This document shows, piece after piece, positions 9,790-22,129 of a DNA stretch of 64,000 bases. The position numbers and the translations under genes are program-made. Position 1 is the stretch's first letter, and the number at the start of each line of letters is the position of its first letter. Under the pieces are notes generated by a model. The model was not told where the DNA came from, ran no database searches, and saw only the letters and a list, made by a program, of their open reading frames with translations. The DNA lies in NCBI RefSeq assembly GCF_963921235.1, contig NC_086106.1, forward strand, positions 20,956,001 to 21,020,000, in the 5' to 3' direction. The stretch comes from Mobula hypostoma. Taxonomy: Eukaryota.

Positions 9790-12360
9790 GCAACGTCCTA
9801 GTACGTCTCTTCTTTGTATTCTCCAAGCATATTATGAAAAACAAAGAATACAAATACACCGCCCACTCGTTGGGCACGACCTCGAGGGTAGTAATATTTG
9901 GATTACTTCTATTGTCACGGGCTATGAGAGGAAGGGTGAGCACATGACAGATTAACGCATGTCTGAAAAGAAGTGTCGGGAACGCTAACACTGTGATCTA
10001 TACGGAGTTCTTCTGACGTTTGGAGGTGGGGTGGGGAGGAGACTGGAGTTGTAGACCAATGCATGAATGTCAGGTTACACCTGAAACTGGACGGGGAAAC
10101 CAACATCCCGACAGACAGATTTTGTCGTGCTAGTGTTAACCTAGATTTATCTATGATCGCATCTAATACCCGAGAGGGAAGTGTGTCGTTAGAGGTGATG
10201 TTGAAATCAGTGCCAACAAGTTGAATAGGCACGTCAGGACGGCACGTCAGGCCGTAGAATCATATGGAAGGAAGAACATATATTGGGAACGATTGTATTT
10301 AGTGCAATGCCTGTGACGTGATAAATATTATCGGATAACATAGGTTCTGCAGGGTAGCATGCGACTGGGATATTGTATCCATTACGGAAATATAGCTAAG
10401 GGGGGGATACGACTGCCAACTAAATGTTCCAAGAAATAGAGGCTTTAGGTAAGAGGGGAAATGGGAGGATGAGAAGTTGCATTTAGAATAATGTAGACAT
10501 CCCAGTAATAGACAACGATGAAATATACTGATCGCTTAGTCATTGCGATGTTTTGAGAGGATCGTAGAAATAAGAAGGGAATGATGGCATTATGGATTTG
10601 TAAAACATGCCACAAAATAGCCAATAGAAATTAGAATAATAAATATACAGGGGGGACTGTGAAGAATTGTGACAATAATACGTTGTCGCAGTCGAGGTTT
10701 TAAACTTCGATGTCATAGTCTGTGTCTGCCAAACTACTCTGTTTTTTATGGGATATAATTTGTTAAGCACGTTGAAGAAATGTATCCTTGTGAAAATGTA
10801 GATTGCCTTACTAGGGAGAGGGCAAACCTGGACATACTCTTAGATTGCAGTGTCGGAAAGGTAACTGATGTGTCAATGCGGGAGCACGTTATGTCCAGTG
10901 ACCATTGGTATATTAGTTTCAACATAACTATGAAGAGAGACAGAACCGATTCACATTTTCAAGTTGAAATTGGAGTAGGACTAATTTTCACGCTTTAAGA
11001 AAGTTGCTTGTAAAGATTAATTGGAGTAGTTTGGTTGACTGTAAAAAGAGTACAGGAAAAGGGCAGGCCTTTAAAGTGCGATAGTGAGAGATCAAAGTCT
11101 TTACATTCATGTAGTAGAGAAGGGCAGAAATGTTAAGAGGAAGGTTCCCTGCATACTGAGGAATATTTATGCCCTGCCGTGGAAAAAAATGAGGATGATT
11201 CAGTCAGGAAGAGGCATCTGCATTCAGGTGACTAGCTAGAAAAGTATAGGGCACGCCAGAATGTAGTGGAGTAGCAATCATCAGTGAAAACATAGACAGC
11301 CTTGGGAGAGGATCTTAAGGAAATCTCAAAGCAAATTTATGGCTATTAAAGGAAAACGAAGAGCAACAAAATGTAGAATACTACTCCTTGAAGACGATAG
11401 AAGCATATGTACATGCAACTACAGTTGATGTGCAAGGCTCTTAATAAGTATTTCTTTGCTGTTTTTACCTATGGCATTCGACCCAGGAAATGCAACGTGG
11501 GCGTTCTTGCGTGAGTCTGCATTACCATAGACGAGGTTCTCTAGGGCTGAAAAAAAGAAAAACTATTAAGGTAGATAGAACTGAAGAGCGCGACTAGGTA
11601 CATGTATCTAAGTGCATCGCAGGAGCCTAGAGAACAAATTGCTGGAGCCCTAGTTGAGATACTTGCATCACCGTTTTTACCGGGTAGAGTGGTGGATGGC
11701 AAATGTTGTGCTTTATTCATTAATGTTTACAACAAAATTACGGATCTACAGCAAAGTGAATCTAACGTACGTTTCAAGTAAGTTCGTGTGAGGATCCGAA
11801 TTCTCTCTGAAATATTTGCAAATGACGGTGGCTATCTGGTCGTAATCATCATGGCTTTGTGCTTACGAGATCATGCCTTATGAATAGATTTATTTGTCTC
11901 ATGTTGTTCCAAGAAAACTGAGGAGGTTACGACGGTAGGTATGGCTTATAAGGACGTCACTGAGGTTTTGATTAGGTTGAATATATAGATGCTCCTGAAG
12001 TTTAGAACTCATGGCATCCATACTGACTGAAAGGATTCACAACGGGCTGGATGGAATATGCAGGGTGTAATATTGGAACGCTGCTTCTCGGGTTGGACTC
12101 CAGATCGGTGCTGTTTGTTTACCATGTCAATGACTTATAAATTTATCTAATCATGGTTAACGGTTTTGAGAATCACACAAAAATAAATAGACTAGTGTAC
12201 ATTGAAGAAGATTATAAAAACACAGCACATGTTCCATTAAAACGAAGGTATAAGTAGCTGGGTGGTACAAAAGACTTTGTACTCTGGCCTTCTTAAATTA
12301 GGGCATTGGGTATAATCTGGGAGTCATTGTGTAGTTACATAGAATGCTGGTAAGTCGGTA
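9790..12360 (+). mobile_element. Decayed CR1 LINE (ORF1 esterase end, endonuclease, RT)
   Basis: Broken frames resemble the CR1 endonuclease (CI..NA..I...WDIV.ITE) and RT motifs, with many stops and frameshifts. Confidence 0.75.
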
Positions 12361-14354
12361 ATCCAGCTAGTTAGATCACAGGCAAATCCAAATGTTAGAA
12401 CATTAGAAGCAGCGGCGAAAATAAGGCAATATCACCCACGAGCTACAGTCACCGGACACTTAAAATAATGAAGGAAATTACCTTTCTCCCTCGCTCTGAT
12501 TGATAGGCTGTCTCCTGTAATTCTTGATTTACCCTTCCAAGATGCAGCTTCTTTAGGAAAAAGACATGTTGTGATATTAAAAGCTAAGAACATAAATCGA
12601 CTCCAATACTATACAGCATTTATAGCAGCAGTGCTTCCTACTTACCTCGGCTGCCACTGGAAATTGCTGAGATGTTCAAATAGCACAGGTAATGTAGTTA
12701 ATGGCCACATTACCCCTTTTTGTAAGACATGGAGGAATGCTATCATGTACTGTGTCTGCACATTCAGCGGAAACTGAAGAAGCAACAAAAAGAGAGACAG
12801 AGATAGATTGAGAGAGGGAGAGAGAGCGAGAGCGGGGGGGGGGAGAGTTCTCGCTGCTGAAATGCATAATATTGGGTCCATGCCGTTGTTGCAGGGCACA
12901 AGTAAAATGACAGCCAGAATGTGCAACATTATTTCCGTTGAAATACACTAAAGATATTGAAACATGCATAGGAATATTTAAGTGATATCACACAGCTCCT
13001 GAAGTTTTCAATAATATCTCAGAGATTTTAGAAATATATTTTGTTAAGAAAATAGAGAAAGAAAATATTCTAAACGCAGGCAAATTCCGAGGCTACGTAT
13101 TTATTCCGCATACTAACCTGCAGAACTGCATGTTAAAGTTATTAAACCTTGTAAGAGATAATCAAGTATGTAAAATCTAAATCATTTTTAGACCATGATG
13201 ACCACAGTCTGAATTGGGATGTACTGCTGATGAACCGGAGTGCACAAAATATACAATAAGCCAGCCGTGACATATACAATATAAGTAGGTGCTCAAAAAT
13301 GCGAAGGATATCGCCAGAACTTGTGAGAGGATAACAAAATATAGAGAAGCCCAGAATTTCTTACAAGACACTTGGACATTGCAAGTCTAAATTTTGCACA
13401 GCAACAACATAATTATATTAATGAAACACCGTCAGTTGGGCAAAGATACGTATAACCAGTAAACCTTCTCCTCATACATGCTTCCTTGTATGTAGAAATA
13501 AACTTTTCTTTATATCTCCCTGCAGATAAAACAATGGAATATGCATGCTTTAGGCAACTTCCTGATCTTACAGAGTCATGGCATCAGGTGCTGTTAACTC
13601 TACAAATAAAATACATCTTTCAATGTCAGGGATAGACCGATTTTCATGTACACAAAATGCCTTAAGTGATGGGTCGGAAACTAATGCGGTAATAGTTTGA
13701 TGACATGTCAAATGAATAGGTGTTTGGGTGGACATACGATCAAAAACGTATTATCTGAATTATTCTGAAACGTATTTTTGACGAAGTATCTGAAATGACA
13801 GAATGAAGAAGAACAAGGAATAATAGGTTATTGAATTATGTAGAGGTGTTAAGAAATACAGAGCGGTTATGTACTTTTGCCCCATATTTTCTAAAGAAGT
13901 CTAGTCGCTTTTGCTTAGTGTATCGAAAACTTGTTGATTGCACATCCTTAAAAAAAACACAGTGAATATCAATCTTCGGCGATTTGTATTTACTTTATTA
14001 GAAGAAAATATGCTCGCTGGCTACTTTGGACCGCCCACTTATTCGAAGCAAGAGCCACCCCATCGTCTATGACAGGAAATCCTTGCAGCATATCATGAAA
14101 TTAAAATCCAGCTATGTTTGCCTTTATTCCTTGTAACGGTGTAATTTGTTTGTGAGGAAAGCTTCACATTGACACTGATTTATGTTAAGTGTTACCTCCA
14201 AGTCATTAGTTAAAACATACATCCGTATTTTCTTTGAGGGTTACTAATGTTATACAGTAATAGGACATTTACAAATGTGGCAGTTTGATTTGTTAGCAAT
14301 AGGATAATCCGCAGCACAGAACATCATGAATAATTGGCAAAAAATAATAATTAG

Positions 14355-15780
14355 AAACATAGAGAAAAACTATAGCAGTATGTATGCCCTTCGACCCACT
14401 ATGCTATGCCCATCATCTACTTAATTGAGAAATTACCTAGGGTTACCCATAGCCCTCTATTTCTCTATGCTCCAGGTACCTATCCAGGAGTATCTAAAAA
14501 AAAGAGAAACAAACGAACTTTCGGATCCGCCTGCATCACGAACGTCGGCAGCTCATTCTACGCACTCACCACTCGGGGTGGGGGGGGGGAATAACGTAGC
14601 TCTGACTCCTCCTCTATGTCTACTTCCAAACACCTTAAAATTGTGTCCTCTCGTGATAGCCATTTCATCCCTGGGAGCAAAGCCTCTGATTATCCACACA
14701 ATCAATGCCTCTTATCATCTTATACATCTGTATCGGGTCACCTTTCACCCTCCGTCGCTGCAAGGAGAAAAGGCCAAGCTCACTCAATCGATTCTCGGAA
14801 GGTATGCTCCCTAATCCAGGTAACATCATTGTAAGTCTGTACCCGTTATATAGTTTCCCCAACCTTCCTATAGTGAAGCGCCCAGAACTGATCACAGTAC
14901 TCAAGTGGGATCAGACCAGGGTCCTATATAGCTGTAACATTAACCCTCGTCTCTTAAAATAATCCACACGGTTGATAAAGGCCAATGCACCATATGCCTT
15001 CTTAAGTACAGAGCTAACCTGAGCAACAGCATTGAGAGCGCTATGGACTAGAAGCCCAAGATCCCTCTGATCGTCCACACGGCCAAGAGTTTTACCATTA
15101 AAATTGTAATCTGCCATCATATTTGACACACCAATATGAACTACCTCACATTTATCTGGGTTGAACTCCATCTGTCACTTCTCAGCCCAGTTTTGCATCC
15201 TTTCGATGTACCGTTATAACCTCTGACAGCTCTCCACACAATCTACAAGATCCCCAATCATAGTGAAATTATGAAATGTACTAATCCTCGCTCCACTTGC
15301 TCATCCAGATCATTTATAAAAATCACAAAGAGAAGAGGTCCCAGAACAGATCACTCAGGCACACTACTGGTCACCAAACTCCATGCAGAATATGATGCGT
15401 CTACAACCATCCTTCGTATTCTGTAGGCAAGTCAATTCTGGATCCAGAAAGCAAGGTCTCCTTGGATCCCTTGCCTTCTTACTTTCTCAATAAGCCTTAT
15501 CAAATGCCTTATCAATTTACAACACAGACATGAATAAAATGGAGACCGTGGCGTGTGGTTGTTGGTCTGGTGTGGAAATGTCTTGGAAAGTTCACACTGA
15601 TGGATGAACAATAGAATAGACTTGTTAACTGAAATCATTTGGCTCCAGGGTCCATATTCCTTGTCTGTATATCTTATACTCTCGATACTGAGAGATTCGA
15701 TACCATTGGATAACACAGGTCGCAAGAGGTTGGCAGTTGAGATTACCGAAGTTTACAAGATTATGAATGGATAGTTAGAA
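14355..15780 (-). mobile_element. CR1 LINE 3' part (RT C-terminus and tail)
   Basis: ORF 14911..15171 MEFNPDKCEVVHIG..DLGLLVHSAL..KKAYGALAFINR and 14665..14904 RLSELGLFSLQRRRVKGD.IQMYKMIRGID are characteristic of CR1. Confidence 0.9.
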
Positions 15781-15887
15781 CATAAATCTGGAGTCATTCC
15801 CAGATCAAACGAGAACTGGAGGGAACGTGTTTGACGTGACATGCCTTGCTTCCAAGTGTTTCCACCGCGCCAGACCATTCAGACATG

Positions 15888-16200
15888 NNNNNNNNNNNNN
15901 NNNNNNNNNNNNNNNNNNNNNNNNNNNNNNNNNNNNNNNNNNNNNNNNNNNNNNNNNNNNNNNNNNNNNNNNNNNNNNNNNNNNNNNNNNNNNNNNNNNN
16001 NNNNNNNNNNNNNNNNNNNNNNNNNNNNNNNNNNNNNNNNNNNNNNNNNNNNNNNNNNNNNNNNNNNNNNNNNNNNNNNNNNNNNNNNNNNNNNNNNNNN
16101 NNNNNNNNNNNNNNNNNNNNNNNNNNNNNNNNNNNNNNNNNNNNNNNNNNNNNNNNNNNNNNNNNNNNNNNNNNNNNNNNNNNNNNNNNNNNNNNNNNNN
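15888..16200. other. Assembly gap (313 N)
   Basis: Run of N. Confidence 1.
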
Positions 16201-17920
16201 ATGAGTATTATCATTATCAGCTACTTCAACTTCTGTCATGGAAAGGCACTAAAAAAGATTGGAATAAGCTGCGAATTGCAATAAATTATAAATTTAGCCA
16301 GCTATGTCATCAGCACTAGCCTCCTCAGTATGCAAGGCATCTGGAAGGAGACGTGCCTCTAAAAGGTGGCGGGAAACATTGAGGGCATGTCAACCTTTCA
16401 ATGCTACCATCAGGGAAGAGCTACAGGAGCCTGAAGGCACACACTGAACGTTTTACGAACAGCACCTTACAGTAATTCACATCTTTTATAATCATGTATT
16501 GCAATGCACCGCACTCGCATAAAAAAAAACTCACGATATATACCACTGAGATTAAACCTGTTTCTGGTTCTGATTCTTCCTTTGCTTCTCTTCTTGTCTT
16601 CGCGTCTTTCGCATTCCTTCACACGCCCTTTTACTTTCTCGCTATCTCCTCTTAATTGCTTTTGCACTACAGTGTCCTCGGCAATATTTCGCAGGCAAAA
16701 TTGAGTTCATAATGTTTATGTTTAATCGTTCTGCTTATTGCCTCTCTTCAATTCTAATAATCTGTCACAGATGTACTACCTGCATCGCACCATTCCGCCC
16801 CCCGCAGAAATCTCGTCAAATGTCAGCCGCCATGTCACTGAAGAAATTTTATTACAGTACTCGTATTGAGGGAGAGAGGAAGAGGAAAGCCATCCGCAGT
16901 ACCTCCGATGCGGCAGAGCGGCCCTCAAGATGGCGTGGCTCAAAAGAGGGGAGCCATGGAGTCATAAGTAGCTAGCAATCTGGACACAAGCTGGGGTCTG
17001 ATCAGCCCCAGCTGTGTCACCTGGAGGAGGCTGTATGATGTTGAAAGACCCGAAACACCCAATGATTCCAGGAACATCACTGAAGATGTGTCCAGAAACA
17101 TTAATAGATGTCTGTATACAGGTATTTAATTTGTGTTCATGTTCAAATAATTATAAATTTTCCACGTCAGATCATTGACACATACACTGACACCAATGTA
17201 TCCCGTGAGTTCATATGAAAGCTTTGAATTTATCTTCCCCATCTTCCCTTGATGAATTATGTGAAGACAATCTAGGCAAACAACTTAATGAAATCTTCCC
17301 ATCTTGGGATAATTACCTAAGCGTGCAACATCCAATTCTAAAGAATAACTGACAGTGTAGGACATAACTTGAAAGAAATACAGCCGAAATCAAATATGAA
17401 GCATTTGTACGGTGTCTGTTCTCAGCCGTGTTTTGGAAGAGGCGGGTTATTTCCAATATATTGAATTCCGATTTAATGAATTTACTGAGCTCTCTCAAGT
17501 CGTTTGCGATAACCTAATTCTGCAAACATATCTAATTGCGACAACACAATCACAGTTCATCAGATATTTCCTGAGATAACTGCGTGCCGAGATTCTGCTT
17601 AATCTACACGTTTGTAGGTGGTGCGAATGTAAAAGTTCTTATTTCAATAACAATGCTCCGGAGTACAGGAAGGAGAAAGAAATCTTTGTGACAGGTACTA
17701 GGACAAAATCCATTTCCCGGTGTTAACAAAACCCAGGGGAGGGTATTTCTCTTCAGAAGGTGGAGCGTGCTCATGCTCCTGTCTATATCAAAGGTACTGA
17801 TATTGTGAGGGTTGAGAGCCTCATGGTCCAAGGAATGAAAATCACAATTAAACTGAGTTCGTCCAAATACATTGACCTCATGGCCAGAAATGTTTTTCAC
17901 TGTATGTCGGTAAATGTAGC
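16200..17920 (+). mobile_element. Several short decayed LINE fragments (Rex1/L2-type RT 3' pieces)
   Basis: 17660-17920 reads ..HAPVYIKGTDIVRVES..G.KIT..LS.SKYID, the RT C-terminal motif. 16320-16470 resembles the ..RSLKAHTER 3' end. Interspersed with non-repeat DNA. Confidence 0.6.
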
Positions 17921-18291
17921 GACAATAAACTAATGCAAATAATATAAGAATCAGTGTATGCAGAGTAATACTTTGCAACACTTCTCAGATAGCGTAAAGT
18001 ACTCATCTGATCTACTGTTTCCAAGGCCGCTTAGGGCAATTGTCGTTGAAGCTGCAGTATTCTGAAGCAGATGTTGGACTAAGTAAGACTATTGCCACAG
18101 CAGTTTTGGTTTTAGCGGCTGCGGTTGAAAAGGTTAGAGCTTACTTTCTTGTGCTATTAAATACTGCCTTTATGAGAAATCTCCTGGGGTCACGCAAGGA
18201 GAGGAATGGAGAGAACATTTGTGCACTTTGTTCATTCACTGTGTTCAGAGTTGCTTTGTGAGGAGGTGCAAGTTCGTCCTAAGCAGAATGA

Positions 18292-19651
18292 TGTCATGAT
18301 CTGGTCCGTGAAGTCCGTGCTTTGGTTCACGGTCTGGTCCACCCATCCGTATTCCAGGTTTTCCGGTTTTCTGCTGTCCTGTTTCGTGCCTTAATTGTGG
18401 CACATGATTCTGATTTTGGGCTGGATCCATTAATAGCTCTTGGGTTCAGCTTCATTTTCTGGACTGTTCTTTCCCCTTTCCCTTCCTTTTGAACCCTGGC
18501 CTGCTACCTTCGCCTGTGTCGTCGCCTGAAACGCCGTCAGGTTCAACCGCCATGGAAAGATCTGGGCCTTGCTGTGTCTAGGTAAGGAACTGTCTTTCGT
18601 TGTTTGGAACTGTCTCTTTAAGTCATCGCCTTCGCTAAGTATGTCCAGCAGCTAGCCGGTATCTTGATTTGGGAACAGTCTCTGTGCCCACGCCTCCGCT
18701 AGGTAGGTCTGGCAGTTCACCGCTACCATAAGTTGGGAACTGTCTCTGTGCCCAAGCCGTGGCTAGGTAGGTCCGGCCGTTTGCCGCTACCTTGCGTTAG
18801 GAACAGTCTCTTTGTGCCCTCACCTCCACTGGGTTGATCCAGCCGTTTACTGCTATATTGGGTGGAGATCTGTCTCTCAGTGTTCTGTGTATGAGTCCCG
18901 GCCCTACGTCCTGCTCCCTAGTAGCGGTCGTGACTCTGTGTAGAGCCCTCCCCAAGACCGGAGTGGTCCCGGCTCTGGTTCCATGTTCCTGTTCTCTCAC
19001 GACCAAGGCTCTGCGTTCCTCTCTCCCTCGAGCAAGGCTCTGTGTTCCTGTCTCACTCGAGCAAGGCCCTGCATTCCTCTGTCCCTCGACAAAGGCTCTC
19101 CGTTCCTGTCTCCCTCGACAAAGGCTCTGCTTTCCTATCTCCCTCGACCAAGTCAAGGCTTAGTGTTCTCTTCCTATTATGTGCCTCGCCCAGCCCAGGA
19201 GTACATCTCCCAGCCCAGTGCTGGGGTTCTCTCGTCCTGTGCTGGGGTTTGCTCGTCCTGTGCTGGGGTTTGTTCGTCCTGTGCTTGGGTTCCCTAGTCG
19301 TGTCCTGGAGTTTCACGTCCAGTCCTGTTGCCACAGCTCGTCCTGTAGCCACGTCTTGTCCTAACCTAGATCCGGGGTCTGAGACCGCGTCAAGACCCAG
19401 TTTCCGTGTCCCCGTCCAGTCTCTGGCTCGGAGTCCTTGTCCAGGTTCCAAGTTCCTAGTTCCTCGTCCAGGTCCTTCTTTTCTAGTCTAAACCTAGCCC
19501 AGGCCCTGTATCCTAACCTTGTCCTGCACCTGTGCCTTGAACCGTGTCGTTCTTTTCCCATTCCCATGCTTGCTTGACACCCCTAGTGTTCCTAGCACCT
19601 TACTGTTTGTGTCTTGCATTTGGGTCCGCTCCCAGCGCCCCCTTTATGACA
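18292..19651 (+). mobile_element. Solo LTR (Gypsy family) with internal minisatellites
   Basis: Termini TGTCATGA...TTATGACA and the 3' motif TGTGTCTTGCATTTGGGTC shared with the LTR at 56402-57924. Putative 5-bp TSD is degenerate (AATGA/GATGT). Confidence 0.85.
18995..19290. repeat. Tandem repeats inside LTR: ~29-30-bp unit (about 5 copies) and 21-bp unit GTGCTGGGGTTTGCTCGTCCT (about 4 copies)
   Basis: Visible directly in the sequence. Confidence 0.85.
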
Positions 19652-20409
19652 GATGTTGAGAATACAATGTGAACTGTGTGGTGTAAAAACTGAGGGTCCA
19701 GCACGGAAGTGACAAACAAGTTTCAGTTGAGCTCTCACGTTAAGTGCACGTTAGATTGTTTAAAAGTATTACATCTTTTTGATTTAAAAAAAAAATTCTT
19801 TCATTCATAGCTCTTTGTTAAAATTAACATTCTTAAATGCAATTCCTTATATTTCTATGCAGTGTACTGCCTGGTATTTCTTGGTGGTGCAGTATATCGC
19901 ATAGTATTCAGAAAGCAGTTGCTTGAGTGGGCGTGACATCTCGCAGTGTGTGGGGCCAAAGATATATGCAACTTTGTCGGAGAAGGTTGGCTTTTCGCCA
20001 TGGCAACCAGTGGCTGTTAGCGAGAGGTTAACTAGTCGGTTTCACTGAGACACCCAGAGAAAACGGTGGTTTCAGTTGCAAGGCATGATGGCGACAGGAA
20101 ATGGCGATGGTGGGATGCTGTTTCGTAAGCGTTGGCGTTTTCTGCCTTTCATCCAGTAAAGTGCAAACGTGCCACGACGGAAAACAGTACGAATGAAAGT
20201 TTACTTGGACTGTTCATGTACCACTGTCCAAGAATGTAATGGGAAATTGAAAGTGTTTGAAACAAATATGCAGTGTATAGGAAATGATGACGAGGAACGG
20301 CTGAAATAGGAAATGATTAAAACAAAAAGAAACGCTGTCTCCTTTTATGTGTCATTTCTGTCATTTATGGAATTCGTTGCACCATTTAACATATAGAATA
20401 ATTTAAAAC

Positions 20410-21050
20410 AGTCAAAAAATTTAATGTGCCACAGAAGTGAAAACACATTCCAGTGTTGACGGATTGGTCAGCAGTCAAATTGATGAGCAGGTTCATGTTC
20501 CTGTGCGTCAGCGTCTCAAACAAACTGTCCAGTAAATTGATGACATCACGTAGTAACCACTGTAGGTTTACTATATTTGGAGTTTGGTGACCTTTGTATG
20601 TCACCAGGCTCTTGCAAATTTCTACAGATGTACTTCAGAGAGCATTCTGATTGGTTACATCACAGCCTGACACGAAACCTCCAAAACGAGGATCAAAAGA
20701 GACTCAAGGGTTTTGCAAACTTAACTAGCTTCACTGGAGGCTCCAAACTCCCTGCCATAAGAACAGCATGGTGCGCTGCCTCCAGGAGACGGCATCAGTC
20801 ATTAAAAACACCCATCACGCAAGAATGCTTTCTTCGTATTTTACCATCACGGAGAGGTAGATAATCCTAAAGAACAGCAGCTACCCCTCCTCGATTAGAG
20901 TCTTTAACGGTATATTGACAAATGTAGTAAGCTCATGATTCGTTTTGTGATATCTAATTTATTTTACCGAGGAATTCTTTATATTTTGCACTGCATTCTA
21001 AAGCAAATTTTGTGACATATGTCAGTGATAATAAACAGATCTGATTCAAA
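20410..21050 (+). mobile_element. Rex1/L2-type LINE 3' fragment
   Basis: Decayed RT C-terminus followed by the GTGATAATAAAC..GATTC tail. Confidence 0.65.
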
Positions 21051-22129
21051 ATGAATCACTATTTTGAATTAAATACACGAACCAGCAATACAATATAATG
21101 AAATATTATAACAGAAACAGCTATATATTTAAAAATGCAAAATTGTCTATAATTCCTAAAAGAAGGACTTTTGGAGTTTGTTTAGAAGATTTTCTTATTG
21201 GTTTGCAATATGTTACACTTTAGATGCGGCAAAGAGAAAACCGTTATGGATAACTTAAGAGCCAGTTAGATGAATTACAGAAAAGTGCAGAAGCATTGGT
21301 TAATTCACATGATTCCCACGGGCGTTATTAAAGTGGTCCGACAAAGCAGAATGGGAGTAGACCACGGCACATGAAAATGTAGTGAATCATCCATCCAAGT
21401 CATCATTGTTAATGCCTGCATGTTATTGCATGACCTTGCGAGTTCCTCCATCATTCTGTGTGTATTTCTAGTATTTCCAGCGTCTGCAGGTTTTATATTT
21501 TAACAGTTTTAATAATGTTCTTTGAGTTTAAAGGTGTTTCACTGAGAGTAAATGATTGTCTATTAAACTATTTTGTTCACTGGAATTATTGCTTCCTTGA
21601 AAGCGAGAGGGGACCTATAACAGAAACAGTTGACATTGGCAACGAAACTCATCGGGGAGAAGAAACCGGGAAGTAAAGCTCGTTTTTTAAAAATCGATAG
21701 AGTTGGATTCTGGCATTTAAATTTAAGATTCTTCAGAAGTCAGGATGAGATATTACACTTGTTGCTTCACGATCGTGTTATTAAGAGTTGACAGAATAAA
21801 CGGAACAGGAATTGAACAGTGGCAGTCTTCTTATTGCATGAAGAAGAGAAAAACTGCTGATACCATACAGCATAAAGCAGCCGTTTTATAATTAGAGATA
21901 AGAGAAAGTTATCGCAGAGGTAAACTCCAACAATTTTACCATAGTTAGATTATCACAGTTTCAACCCGCCTCAGTAGTTCGGCTATTCACTAAATCGATT
22001 CGGGACGAAATGATGGCATTGCCTTTTAAAAATTTCTCCATAAGTCGATTTACTTCTCTCCAAGAATGTCTTGCTCCACTATTGTGATTATCTTTATATA
22101 CTGGTAAAGAAGAGTAGACAGATAAAATA

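Noticed and set aside
13177-13371. Hydrophobic ORF, plus FRLWSS in an adjacent frame, as a TCR alpha TM/cytoplasmic exon
   Set aside because: The residues before RLWSS do not match the GxRILLLK..FNLLMTL pattern, there is no stop after SS, and no acceptor was found.
13958-13964. Isolated CACAGTG heptamer
   Set aside because: No nonamer at 12 or 22-23 nt and no V, D or J coding flank.
15805-16319. Long ORFs in the track here and at 25403-25915 and 35649-36071
   Set aside because: Artefacts of translating through N-gaps.
17604-17981. ORF with a signal-peptide-like start as a third V gene
   Set aside because: It is antisense to a LINE RT fragment and has no C23/W41/C104 pattern or RSS.
21420-21680. 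Leader-like MLLHDLASSSIILCVFLVFPASAG, then NYFVHW, then J-like IGNETH..ETG
   Set aside because: Cys-Trp spacing is wrong, there is no YYC, no FGxG and no RSS, and the donor is weak. Most likely chance.
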